Source: a virus (Duplodnaviria; Caudoviricetes). Taken from it: a DNA stretch of 64,000 nt. The notes under the pieces were generated by a model. It was not told the DNA's origin. It did not search any database and worked only from the letters and a program-made list of their open reading frames with translations. The position numbers and the translations under genes are program-made. The stretch lies in the IMG/VR virus record IMGVR_UViG_3300047557_002530, one strand, 5' to 3'. Shown in pieces: positions 20,437 through 30,351 of this stretch (position 1 is its first letter; every line of letters starts with the position of its first letter).

Positions 20437-20997
20437 ATGGCAACAAACGCATATAAGAACCAAATTAAAAATAGAAACTTTTTATCGCCAACAGGATTTA
20501 AGTTCATTTTAAATAGAGCACCAGAGGTTGCGTTTTTTTCTAACTCAGCAAATATACCAGGAATAACACTTGGTATAGCAAATCAAAGCAACTACTTGAG
20601 AGACATACCGCAACCAGGGGAGAAGTTAGATTTTGATGACTTCAATCTAAGATTTATGGTGGATGAAGATTTGGCGAACTATAATGAAGTTTCAAAATGG
20701 ATGAGAGGACTTGGATTTCCAGAAAGTTTAAATGAAATATATAACTTACAGAAAGATAATCCAAATTTAAATCAACCAAACAAGACTCAACTTAACTTAT
20801 ACTCTGACGGAACACTAACTGTCTATAATAGCAATTTTAAACCAAACTTTAAGATTAAGTTTAGAGATATGTTTCCATATAGTTTGACAACTTTGGAATT
20901 TGATTCAACTCAAACCGATATCCAGTACTTTACTGCAGAGGTCAACTTCAAGTATACTATGTTTAACATCACCGATTTGGACGGCAATCCTTTATGA
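20437..20997 (+). CDS. gp3: tail completion/sheath stabilizer gp3
   Basis: NFLSPTGFKF, F.VDEDL.NY, FPYSLTTLEFD, AEVNFKY. Confidence 0.88.
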   Translation: MATNAYKNQIKNRNFLSPTGFKFILNRAPEVAFFSNSANIPGITLGIANQSNYLRDIPQPGEKLDFDDFNLRFMVDEDLANYNEVSKWMRGLGFPESLNEIYNLQKDNPNLNQPNKTQLNLYSDGTLTVYNSNFKPNFKIKFRDMFPYSLTTLEFDSTQTDIQYFTAEVNFKYTMFNITDLDGNPL

Positions 20998-21431
20998 GTT
21001 TTGATTTAGATATGATCCAGAAGATGTGGGAACAAGATTCTAAGATTGATATGGATAACCTTCATACGGAGTCTACAAACATTCCCGTTCTTCACGCAAA
21101 GTATTTTGATCTTTACAATACAATTTTTCTATTGAGAAAAAAAGCAGAGCAACAAAAAAGAAATATTAGACATGAAAGATATGAATACTATTCTGGCAAA
21201 TCAGACCCAGAAGTATATGTAGAAAATCCTTTTCCAAAAAAGATTCGCGATAAAGATACAATGCAAAAATATCTTGATGCTGATGAAAAACTTTCAACAG
21301 TATGTCTTAAAATAGATTACTACGATACAATGCTTACTTATATTGAGAGCATTTTAAAAATGATTCAGAACAGAACGTTTCAAATCAAAAATGCTATCGA
21401 GTTTATGAGATTTAACGCTGGACTAGGGTAA
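20994..21431 (+). CDS. uvsY: recombination mediator UvsY
   Basis: W.QDSKID, LHAKY, RTFQIKNAIEF motifs; next to uvsW. Confidence 0.88.
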   Translation: MSFDLDMIQKMWEQDSKIDMDNLHTESTNIPVLHAKYFDLYNTIFLLRKKAEQQKRNIRHERYEYYSGKSDPEVYVENPFPKKIRDKDTMQKYLDADEKLSTVCLKIDYYDTMLTYIESILKMIQNRTFQIKNAIEFMRFNAGLG

Positions 21432-21458
21432 ATAAATACTCATAGCAATTATGATGTT

Positions 21459-22922
21459 ATGAGTGACGTAATTATTGAAAAAAAGAATGAGGTTTACATT
21501 AAACTACATTGTGAACCTCATATTTTGTATGAACTTCAACCGTACTTTACATTTGAAGTCGAATCTGCCAAGTTTATGTCCCAGTATAGAAGCAGACACT
21601 GGGACGGCAAGATTCGACTGTTAAGTACTCATACTGGAGAAATTTATGCTGGTTTGTTGGATAAAGTTATTGACAAACTAACTCTCCATAACTATAAGTA
21701 TGAGTTTAAAAAAAATAAGTTTTATGGTATGCCTTTCGAAGTCGATGAAGGTGTATCATTTGAGGGTGTCAAGGATTATATGCAGTCTATTTGCACTCAT
21801 AGTCCACGTCAGTATCAATTAGAGGGAGTATACGACGCTCTAAGACATAATAGAAAATTATTGATATCACCCACAGCCTCAGGTAAATCCTTAATGATTT
21901 ACTCCCTCGTAAGGTATTACGTAGATAAAGGACAAAAAATTCTTCTAGTTGTTCCAACGACATCTCTTGTAGAGCAGATGTACAAGGATTTCCAAGACTA
22001 TGGTTGGAATGCTGAGTCATATTGTCACCGTATCTATTCTGGTAGAGAAAAAACAAACGAACATCCTGTAACGATTACAACTTGGCAATCTGTTTACAAA
22101 CTTGAACGTTCATTTTTTGAGGACTATGGAGTAGTTATAGGAGATGAAGCTCACCTATTTAAGAGCAAATCTCTTGTTGATATTATGTCTAAACTTCATC
22201 ACGCCAAGTATCGTTTTGGATTTACTGGAACTTTAGATGGCACTCAAACTCACAAGTGGGTTCTTGAAGGATTATTTGGTCCTTCATATAAGGTTACTCG
22301 AACTTATGAGTTGATGGAACAAGGACATATTTCTCAGTTAGATATTCGCTGCCTTGTTCTTAAGCACAAACCACAAAAGTTTGAAACTTATGAGGATGAG
22401 ATTCAATATTTAATTTCTCAAGAACAAAGAAATAAATTTATTACAAATCTTTCTCTAGATCTAAAGGGAAATACTCTTGTCCTTTTTTCAAGGGTAGAAG
22501 CACATGGAGCAGTTTTATATGAAAAGATAAATAATACCAAGCGAGGTGATCGTAAAGTATTTTTCATTCATGGTGGAGTTGATACTGAAGAAAGAGAAAT
22601 GGTTAGAGAAATAACAGAAAGGGAAAACAATGCAATCATTGTTGCTTCCTATGGAACTTTTTCCACTGGTATCAATATTAAAAATCTCCATAATGTTATC
22701 TTTGCATCTCCAAGCAAATCACGTATTAGAAATCTACAATCAATTGGACGAGTTCTTAGAAAAGGAAAAAATAAAGTAAAGGCAGTACTTTACGATATTT
22801 CTGATGATTGTACTTATAATTCAAGAAAAAATTATACTTTAAATCATTTAATTGAAAGAATCAAAATCTATAATGAAGAAAATTTTAACTATGAAATAAT
22901 CACCGTACAACTAAAAACATGA
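21459..22922 (+). CDS. uvsW: SF2 DNA helicase UvsW
   Basis: SPTASGKS, GDEAH, GFTGT, QSIGRVLR. Confidence 0.95.
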   Translation: MSDVIIEKKNEVYIKLHCEPHILYELQPYFTFEVESAKFMSQYRSRHWDGKIRLLSTHTGEIYAGLLDKVIDKLTLHNYKYEFKKNKFYGMPFEVDEGVSFEGVKDYMQSICTHSPRQYQLEGVYDALRHNRKLLISPTASGKSLMIYSLVRYYVDKGQKILLVVPTTSLVEQMYKDFQDYGWNAESYCHRIYSGREKTNEHPVTITTWQSVYKLERSFFEDYGVVIGDEAHLFKSKSLVDIMSKLHHAKYRFGFTGTLDGTQTHKWVLEGLFGPSYKVTRTYELMEQGHISQLDIRCLVLKHKPQKFETYEDEIQYLISQEQRNKFITNLSLDLKGNTLVLFSRVEAHGAVLYEKINNTKRGDRKVFFIHGGVDTEEREMVREITERENNAIIVASYGTFSTGINIKNLHNVIFASPSKSRIRNLQSIGRVLRKGKNKVKAVLYDISDDCTYNSRKNYTLNHLIERIKIYNEENFNYEIITVQLKT

Positions 22923-23311
22923 TTGAAGAAGATTTTTACGCAACAGTAAAATTAAAATCAGGCGAAGAAATCTTTGCCAAAGTAGCAGCTTCAGAAGAAG
23001 AAGATAGAACTCTATTAATTATATCAAATCCAATTACAGTCAATGAAATTAAAGGTAGAACAGGAGTAGTTGGATATAAACTAGAACCTTGGCTTAAAAC
23101 AACCAAAGAGGATATGTTTATTATCAATCTAGAAGATGTTCTCACTTTATCCGAATCTTCTGATGTTGAAATGATTATGATGTATCAAACATTTGTACGT
23201 CAAACCAATAAGAATGGTTCAAAACATTCAAAGATAAACAGAAGAATGGGTTACATCGCTAATGTCAATGATGCTAAAGAGATACTTGAAAAACTCTTTA
23301 AGAATAGCTAA
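22919..23311 (+). CDS. conserved hypothetical protein (Sm-like fold suspected)
   Basis: 130 aa between uvsW and gp55, KLKSGEEIFAKV motif. Confidence 0.65.
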   Translation: MIEEDFYATVKLKSGEEIFAKVAASEEEDRTLLIISNPITVNEIKGRTGVVGYKLEPWLKTTKEDMFIINLEDVLTLSESSDVEMIMMYQTFVRQTNKNGSKHSKINRRMGYIANVNDAKEILEKLFKNS

Positions 23312-23360
23312 ACCCTGACCTTCAAACCCAACAAAGGTATTCTATCTGCATTTCAATACC

Positions 23361-23389
23361 TTGTCAAGCATATGCATAAGTGCTATAAT
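23361..23389 (+). promoter_or_regulatory. sigma70-type promoter for gp55
   Basis: TTGTCA-17 nt-TATAAT with TG extension. Confidence 0.75.
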
Positions 23390-23413
23390 TCATACATATT
23401 ATGAGTTAACCTA

Positions 23414-23911
23414 ATGATAACCACAGCAGTTATGACCAAAAGAAAGAGGTCAGAGCACTACGTAAACAACAAAGAGTTTCTTGCAGCACTGATCAAATAC
23501 CGTGAAGACAAAGAGATTGCACTGATTCAAGGAAAACCAAAACCTCCTATTCCTCGCTACATTGGAGAGTGCTTCCTAAAGATTGCAAATCATTTATCAT
23601 TTAAACCAAATTTTGTCAACTACATGTTCAAAGAGGACATGATTTCTGATGGTATTGAAAATTGCGTACAGTATATCCACAACTTCAATCCCGAGAAGTC
23701 TCAAAATCCTTTTGCATACTTCACTCAAATTATTCACTACGCATTTCTTCGTCGTATCCAAAGAGAGAAGCGTCAACTAGAAATCAAAAATAAGATTCTT
23801 GAACGTTCTGGATTTTCTGAAGTATTCAGTGACGACAACACTATTGACGGCGGGAACTATTCCGACTACAATAGTATTAAGGACGGCATTCACAGCAAAC
23901 TGCGGTATTGA
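23414..23911 (+). CDS. gp55: late transcription sigma factor gp55
   Basis: HYVNNKEF, NFVNYMFKEDMISDGIENC, NPFAYFTQI. Confidence 0.95.
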   Translation: MITTAVMTKRKRSEHYVNNKEFLAALIKYREDKEIALIQGKPKPPIPRYIGECFLKIANHLSFKPNFVNYMFKEDMISDGIENCVQYIHNFNPEKSQNPFAYFTQIIHYAFLRRIQREKRQLEIKNKILERSGFSEVFSDDNTIDGGNYSDYNSIKDGIHSKLRY

Positions 23912-24952
23912 ATGAAAATTGCAATTATTACGGACCAGCACTTTGGAGCACGAAAGAATTCCAAACTCTTTCATGATTATTTCTTAGAATTCTACAATAA
24001 CGTATTTTTCCCAACGCTCGAAGAGTATGGGATTACTACTGTTGTAGATATGGGAGATACTTTTGATAGTCGTAAAGGAATTGATTTCTCCGCACTCTCT
24101 TGGGCTAAAAATAATTACTATGACCGTCTTCAAGAAATGGGAGTGAAGGTCCATACGATTGTAGGAAATCATACTGCATATTATAAGAACACTAATAATG
24201 TAAATGCAGTTGATTTGCTTTTGCGAGAATATGATAATGTAACCGTTTATTCGCAACCAACCGAAGTGATGTTGGGACAACTACCAACTCTTTTTATTCC
24301 ATGGATTAATCAAGAAAATGAGGAAAGCACTCTCAAACTTATTCAAAAGACAACTTGCCCGTGTGCGATGGGGCATCTTGAACTCCAAGGATTTAGAGTT
24401 AATAAACAAATCGTCATGGAGCATGGTCTGGAGAGCAAACTATTTGGTAAGTTCACCAGGGTCTACTCGGGACACTATCACACTAGATCAAATGATGGAA
24501 CAGTCTTCTATCTAGGTAATCCCTATGAGATTTATTGGACTGATGTGGGAGACACTAGAGGTTTCACTATTTTTGATACTGAAACAATAACTCACGAACC
24601 AGTGAATAATCCTTATAGAATGTTTTATAACATTTATTATGAGGACACTGACTATCAAACATTTGATACTCGTGTGTATGAAAATAAAATTGTAAAGGTT
24701 GTTGTTCGCAAGAAGTCCGATACTAAAAAGTTTGAAAAGTTTATTGATAAACTTTATGCTTCTAATATCGCAGAACTGAAGATTATTGAAAACTTTGATA
24801 TTCAAGAACCTGTAGAATTTGAAGCATTTGAAAGCGAAGACACTATTTCTATCTTGAATAGATATATTCAGGAGGCAGAAATTAATCTTGATAAATCTAT
24901 CATTCAAAAGATGATGCAAGAAATATATCAAGAAGCATGTGAAATAGTTTAA
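23912..24952 (+). CDS. gp47: recombination endonuclease subunit gp47 (Mre11/SbcD-like)
   Basis: ITDQHFG, MGDTFD, IVGNH, GHLEL, SGHYH metallophosphoesterase motifs. Confidence 0.95.
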   Translation: MKIAIITDQHFGARKNSKLFHDYFLEFYNNVFFPTLEEYGITTVVDMGDTFDSRKGIDFSALSWAKNNYYDRLQEMGVKVHTIVGNHTAYYKNTNNVNAVDLLLREYDNVTVYSQPTEVMLGQLPTLFIPWINQENEESTLKLIQKTTCPCAMGHLELQGFRVNKQIVMEHGLESKLFGKFTRVYSGHYHTRSNDGTVFYLGNPYEIYWTDVGDTRGFTIFDTETITHEPVNNPYRMFYNIYYEDTDYQTFDTRVYENKIVKVVVRKKSDTKKFEKFIDKLYASNIAELKIIENFDIQEPVEFEAFESEDTISILNRYIQEAEINLDKSIIQKMMQEIYQEACEIV

Positions 24953-25225
24953 ATGTTTATTCTAACAATTAATGGCAGAGAAACTGAAGGAGCATATTCG
25001 GTAATTGATGATGAAGGAGAACATATTCTTTATCTCTTCGAGGAAGAGGATGATGCAACTAGGTATGCTATGATGTTAGAAGAAGATGGATATCCAGAAA
25101 TGCATGTAATTGAAATTGAAGATGAGGTGATGATAAAAACTTGTGAGATACATGGATATCAATATACAATTATAACCCCAGATGATATCGTAATTCCTCC
25201 AGACATTGATCATGATTTTATTTAA
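24953..25225 (+). CDS. conserved hypothetical protein
   Basis: 90-aa acidic ORF coupled between gp47 and gp46. Confidence 0.75.
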   Translation: MFILTINGRETEGAYSVIDDEGEHILYLFEEEDDATRYAMMLEEDGYPEMHVIEIEDEVMIKTCEIHGYQYTIITPDDIVIPPDIDHDFI

Positions 25226-26927
25226 AAAAATTCGGTGGCGTAATTTTCTTTCTACAGGTCAGCACGAAACCGAAATCGATTTCACAAAAAATAAAACAAA
25301 CCTAATTGTTGGTACAAATGGAGCAGGTAAAAGTACTGTTCTTGATGCACTAACATTTTCTTTATTTGGAAAACCATTTCGTAAAATTAACAAACCACAA
25401 CTTATCAATTCTGTAAACGAAAAAGATTGTAGAGTTGAGGTTGAGTTTTCTATTGGAAATATTGAATGGAAAGTGATACGTGGAATCAAACCAACAATTT
25501 TTGAAATCTGGAGAAATGATACTTCCCTAGATCAATCTTCTGCTGCTTTAGACCAGCAAAAATGGTTAGAGCAAAATGTTCTTAAAATGAACTATAAATC
25601 TTTTACCCAGATTGTGATACTGGGTTCTAGTACATTTGTTCCTTTTATGCAACTTTCTGCTGCTAATCGCAGAGAAGTAATTGAAGATCTTCTTGATATT
25701 AAGATCTTTTCTTCAATGAATATGGTAATTAAAGAAAAGATTCGTCAAGCAAAAGAAGATATAAAAGTTCTTGAGTTGAAGAAAGAATCTCTTCTTGATA
25801 AAGTCAAGATGCAAGAAAGTTTTATCGAAGAACTTGAAAATCGCGGAAAAGATAATATAAACGACAATAATCGGAAAATTTCCGATTTAGATAAAGAAAT
25901 CCAACAATATATGGACGAGAATAGTTCTTTAGAAGAACCTCTTTATGAGTACATTAAAGAGCAAGATAAGTTGGTTGGATATGCGGAGAAACTTCGCAAG
26001 TTAGGAAATCTTAAAGGTAAGATTTCTCAAAAAGTATCTACTATTACGAAAGAACATAAGTTTTTTACGGAGAATACGGTTTGTCCTACCTGCACACAAC
26101 CGATTGATGAGACCTTTAGAATAAATAGAATTAACGACGCTCAATTTAAAGCAAAAGAGTTGCAATCTGGTTATAAAGAACTAGAGGATGCAATTAAAGA
26201 GGAAGAGGAGCGAGAGCGTCAATTTACTGCTCTATCGAAGGAAATTTCAAAATTAACGAATGGCATTTCTCAAAATAATATTAGGGTTAACGGATTACGG
26301 AAACAAATCCGAAATCTTGAAAAGGAAATTCAAGTTCTTACCGAGAACCTTGCAAACCGAAATTCTGAACATGGGAAACTAGAATCCTTCAGAGACAATT
26401 TAAAAACTACATACGACGAACTCGCTTCTAAAAAAGACATAATCAACTATTACGATTTTTCGTATAGTTTGCTTAAAGACGGTGGAGTAAAATCCAAAAT
26501 CATTAAGAAGTATCTACCGCTGATAAATCAGCAAGTTAACCGTTATCTTCAGATGATGGATTTCTATATTAACTTCACGCTTGATGAGGAGTTTAACGAA
26601 ACCGTCCAGTCACCTATTCATGAAGATTTTTCCTATGCTTCTTTTAGTGAAGGCGAAAAAATGAGAATTGACCTTGCGCTACTCTTCACTTGGAGAGAAG
26701 TTGCAAGAATGAAGAATTCAGTCAGTACAAATCTTCTGATTATGGATGAAGTATTTGATAGCTCGCTTGATGGATTTGGAACCGAAGAGTTCCTTAAGAT
26801 TATTCGTTATGTGATTAAAGATGCAAACATTTTTGTTATTTCGCATAAGACAGGTCTGGAGGACAGATTTGAAAGCGTTATTGGATTTGAAAAAATAAAA
26901 GGATTTAGTAGAAAGATTGAACTTTAG
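25212..26927 (+). CDS. gp46: recombination endonuclease subunit gp46 (Rad50/SbcC-like)
   Basis: GTNGAGKS, CPTC hook, FSEGEK signature, LLIMDE. Start at 25212 or 25206. Confidence 0.95.
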   Translation: MILFKKIRWRNFLSTGQHETEIDFTKNKTNLIVGTNGAGKSTVLDALTFSLFGKPFRKINKPQLINSVNEKDCRVEVEFSIGNIEWKVIRGIKPTIFEIWRNDTSLDQSSAALDQQKWLEQNVLKMNYKSFTQIVILGSSTFVPFMQLSAANRREVIEDLLDIKIFSSMNMVIKEKIRQAKEDIKVLELKKESLLDKVKMQESFIEELENRGKDNINDNNRKISDLDKEIQQYMDENSSLEEPLYEYIKEQDKLVGYAEKLRKLGNLKGKISQKVSTITKEHKFFTENTVCPTCTQPIDETFRINRINDAQFKAKELQSGYKELEDAIKEEEERERQFTALSKEISKLTNGISQNNIRVNGLRKQIRNLEKEIQVLTENLANRNSEHGKLESFRDNLKTTYDELASKKDIINYYDFSYSLLKDGGVKSKIIKKYLPLINQQVNRYLQMMDFYINFTLDEEFNETVQSPIHEDFSYASFSEGEKMRIDLALLFTWREVARMKNSVSTNLLIMDEVFDSSLDGFGTEEFLKIIRYVIKDANIFVISHKTGLEDRFESVIGFEKIKGFSRKIEL

Positions 26928-27007
26928 TCCACTTTCAAATCTGTCTACTGAACGCAATTTAAAGGGAAGGCACCTGCTAAACTACTAGAAGTTCAAAAGA
27001 AAACCAG

Positions 27008-29191
27008 ATGCCTGTCAACCTAGAAGTCAAAGGTTCTCTTGCCAAATGTCTGGCAACAGAGAACCTGATTATCGAACACAAGAAAGTTCCAACTGCAATG
27101 TTCGATGTAGATCGTCGTGTGCTGACTCTTCCGAGTTGGGATAAAGCATCTGCGACGGTCTATGATCTTCTGGTGGGTCACGAAGTAGGACACGCACTCT
27201 TCACTGATAATATTGATTGGACTAAAGAATATTCCGAAGTTCCTAAAGACTTCGTAAATGTTCTTGAGGATGTTCGCGTAGAACGTCTAATGAAGAAAAA
27301 GTACCCTGGACTGTCTCGGACTTTCTACAATGGGTATAATGAACTGAACACTGATGATTTCTTCTCAACCAAAGATGAGAACCTGGATGAACTGACTTTC
27401 ATTGACCGAATCAATCTTTACTATAAGATTGGTGCATTTCATAATATTGCTTTCAATGATGAGGAGAATGAGTTTCTGACTCGTGCTTCTCAAACTGAAA
27501 CCTTTGATGAAGTTCTGCAACTTGCTCGCGAAATCACCAAGTTTGTGAAGTACAAAAAGCAAGAGGTTCAGTCTATGCCTACCCCTGGTCAAGGTGATTC
27601 TTCTCAAGGTATGGGTGAGCAAGTAGAAGGTTCTTCCGATTCTTCTCAAGATGGAGAGAATCAGGACGGACAGAATAAATCTCAACTGGAGCAAGATTCT
27701 CAAGGTCAGTCTCAAACTGATGGAGAATCCTTCGGTGATGATATGAATAAGTCTATGGAAGCACCTAATGGTGGTGGTTTCGGTCAGGAAGCAAGTAATC
27801 AGCACAATAAGTCCGAACAAGATGAACTGACTTCTAAGACTTCTCGTTCTTTTGATGAAAAATCTCAAGACCTTGTGGATAAGTATGCTCAAGAAACTCA
27901 TTATGTGGAACTTCCCAAGATGAATCTTGATACAATGATTATTCCCAACGAGTTTATTCATCGCAAAGCAACAGAATTTTATAACAATTCTGGAACTTAT
28001 TATAAAGATGCTTTTGAGTATAATTGTAAAGAATACAATGCCTACAAGAAATCCGCAGAAAAGGAAGTTTCTTATCTGGTGAAAGAGTTTGAGTGTAAGA
28101 AGTCTGCCGATCAATATGCTCGTTCTAGCACTGCTCGCACAGGCGTTCTTGATACAACTAAACTCCATACCTATAAGTTCAATGAAGACTTGTTTAAGAA
28201 GGTCTCCGTGGTTCCTGACGGTAAGAATCATGGACTTATCTTCATTCTGGACTGGTCTGGTTCAATGAGTGAATTCATCCTGGATGCTTATAAGCAACTG
28301 CTGAATCTCATTTGGTTCTGTCGTAAGGTGAATATTCCTTTCGAGGTTTATGCTTTCACTTTGGACGCTCATTCGTATATTGAATTGCAGCCACATCATC
28401 CTCCTGTTTATGAAAAAGTTGCGGGCGTGCTTTCCCCTGAGGCATCTTTCCGACTGATGAATTTTTTCACCAGTAAAGTAAACAATCGAGTTCTTGATGA
28501 GCAACTGAAGAATATCTGGTGTGCTTGTTATTCTTATCAGAAGCGTTCTGGTGCTGTTCCTCCTCACCTGGACCTTTCGGGTTCTCCTATCGGAGAAAGT
28601 ATGATGGCACTTCATGCTCTGATTCCTGATTTCCAGGCAAAAAATAAACTTCAGAAGGTAAATGTTATCTTCCTGACTGATGGTGAAGGTTATCAGAATT
28701 CAGTAACGGTTGCTCGTAAGGGTACTTACCATAATTCCCCCGAATATATTGGTAATACAAAGCACGCTCGCACTGCAATTCGTGATCGTAAGACTGGTCG
28801 CGTTTATCCTGCTCTGGATTATGATAACTTCCCTCGCTATGCTAAAGTTCTTCTGCATACTGTGAAAGATAGGTTTCCGACAGTAAATCTGATTAACTTC
28901 CGTATTACTCCTGGTCGTGATTTTGCGACGTGCTATCGTTGGTATGGTAGTGGTCAGGAGAACTATGAAAAAGTGAAATCTGATTATCGTAAAAACGGTT
29001 GCGTTCAATTTGGTGAAACTGGTTTCGATCAATTTAACGTGATTGCCTCATCTTCTCTCGCACAAGATGAAGAGTTTACTGTTCCAGAGAATGCAACGAA
29101 AGCACAAATCAAAACTGCCTTCACTAAAGTTCTTGGAAAGAAAAAGACTAACAAGAAAATTCTGGGTTCTTTTATCAGTCTTGTTGCTTAA
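27008..29191 (+). CDS. metallopeptidase-like (HExxH) plus vWA domain protein, CobT-like partner of the MoxR ATPase
   Basis: HEVGH near the N-terminus; MIDAS elements ILDWSGSM and FLTDG. Confidence 0.8.
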   Translation: MPVNLEVKGSLAKCLATENLIIEHKKVPTAMFDVDRRVLTLPSWDKASATVYDLLVGHEVGHALFTDNIDWTKEYSEVPKDFVNVLEDVRVERLMKKKYPGLSRTFYNGYNELNTDDFFSTKDENLDELTFIDRINLYYKIGAFHNIAFNDEENEFLTRASQTETFDEVLQLAREITKFVKYKKQEVQSMPTPGQGDSSQGMGEQVEGSSDSSQDGENQDGQNKSQLEQDSQGQSQTDGESFGDDMNKSMEAPNGGGFGQEASNQHNKSEQDELTSKTSRSFDEKSQDLVDKYAQETHYVELPKMNLDTMIIPNEFIHRKATEFYNNSGTYYKDAFEYNCKEYNAYKKSAEKEVSYLVKEFECKKSADQYARSSTARTGVLDTTKLHTYKFNEDLFKKVSVVPDGKNHGLIFILDWSGSMSEFILDAYKQLLNLIWFCRKVNIPFEVYAFTLDAHSYIELQPHHPPVYEKVAGVLSPEASFRLMNFFTSKVNNRVLDEQLKNIWCACYSYQKRSGAVPPHLDLSGSPIGESMMALHALIPDFQAKNKLQKVNVIFLTDGEGYQNSVTVARKGTYHNSPEYIGNTKHARTAIRDRKTGRVYPALDYDNFPRYAKVLLHTVKDRFPTVNLINFRITPGRDFATCYRWYGSGQENYEKVKSDYRKNGCVQFGETGFDQFNVIASSSLAQDEEFTVPENATKAQIKTAFTKVLGKKKTNKKILGSFISLVA

Positions 29192-29198
29192 TCACTTG

Positions 29199-29223
29199 GG
29201 GGATTTTATAATCCCCTTTTTTT
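29199..29223 (+). terminator. intrinsic terminator overlapping a late promoter
   Basis: GGGGAT...ATCCCC stem plus T run that runs into TATAAATA at 29223. Confidence 0.75.
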
Positions 29224-29249
29224 ATAAATAACTAAAAAGTATTCATAAA

Positions 29250-30272
29250 ATGGACGCACAAGAACTTCGCAATCTTCAAGAAGCATATATTGAGGTTTAC
29301 CAGAATCTTGATGAGGAAGGTGCAACTTCTAAAAGATTGGCAGATGTTGCTGATGACAGAATTGGAGATTTGCCACGAACACATCATATTCATCATCGTA
29401 GAGGAACAGCTTCTTTAAGAACTTTGTCGAATTTGCATTTTAATGCAAAAGAGAGAGCACAAGGTAGATACCCTGAGAAATCAGGTCTTAGAAGGGGTGC
29501 TGGTGGGGCAGGAGTTCCAGATAGACCAGGAGATTCTGTAACATCTCTACGAGATACTCGTAGAGGTGCAGCACGCAAACTGCTTGACCTAGAGGCAAAT
29601 AGAAAAAAACCATTAACCCCAAGTGAACGTCCAATACCTATTAGAAGCAGACCAACTCCTCCCACAAGTGGACCAACTAGTAGAACAAAAACTCCATTAA
29701 CACCAAAAACTAGAGACGAAAGAGCAGCAGCAGCAGGATTCAAAGGTCAAGGATCTCTTCCAAAAGGTAAAAAACTCTATAGACAAACTGCTCGTGGTGT
29801 TACAACTGGAGATGATCCAATGAAAGTATTACAGTCAGCAGCACAGCAAAAAGAACATTATGACCTCTACGACATCATCCTCTCACACCTTCTTGATGAG
29901 GGATATGCAGAAACCGTCGAAGCAGCAGAAGTAATGATGGTGAATATGAGTGAAGAGTGGAGAGAGAATATTATGATTGCTGAAGGAATGACTATGAAAG
30001 ACTTCAAGGCAAATCGTCGGAAAAATAAAAGAAGAGATGCTTCTGCTGATGCTGTGAAGAGAGGTCACGTAGGTAAGGAATGGTATAACAGTGGTAGAAG
30101 ATATTCTCCAGATGAAGCAAAGAGAATGCGTTCAAACCTGGATGATGAAGAAAGACGTACAAGACATCGTAGTGCTGTAGATCCTGATAATGAGAATGAT
30201 GATAACTTCTCTGCAGACAAGACGAAGAACCCCAAGAAACTTCGTAAGCAAAAAGCAATGGGTGAACACTGA
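29250..30272 (+). CDS. late basic modular protein, paralog of 43729..44448 (putative internal virion protein)
   Basis: LQEAYIEVY N-terminal motif and YDIILSHLLDEGYA...MVNMSEEWR module shared with 43729..44448. Confidence 0.75.
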   Translation: MDAQELRNLQEAYIEVYQNLDEEGATSKRLADVADDRIGDLPRTHHIHHRRGTASLRTLSNLHFNAKERAQGRYPEKSGLRRGAGGAGVPDRPGDSVTSLRDTRRGAARKLLDLEANRKKPLTPSERPIPIRSRPTPPTSGPTSRTKTPLTPKTRDERAAAAGFKGQGSLPKGKKLYRQTARGVTTGDDPMKVLQSAAQQKEHYDLYDIILSHLLDEGYAETVEAAEVMMVNMSEEWRENIMIAEGMTMKDFKANRRKNKRRDASADAVKRGHVGKEWYNSGRRYSPDEAKRMRSNLDDEERRTRHRSAVDPDNENDDNFSADKTKNPKKLRKQKAMGEH

Positions 30273-30296
30273 AGATCACTTCCCAAACCGTCCACT

Positions 30297-30319
30297 GACC
30301 CCGCAAGGGGTCTTTTTTT
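30297..30319 (+). terminator. intrinsic terminator
   Basis: GACCCC-gcaa-GGGGTC followed by a T run. Confidence 0.85.
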
Positions 30320-30351
30320 GTGTTATGATTACGGAGTAATCAACCAAACCG

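Noticed and set aside
27365-28231. 288-aa minus-strand ORF
   Set aside because: Antisense shadow of the vWA gene; no motifs and no RBS or promoter
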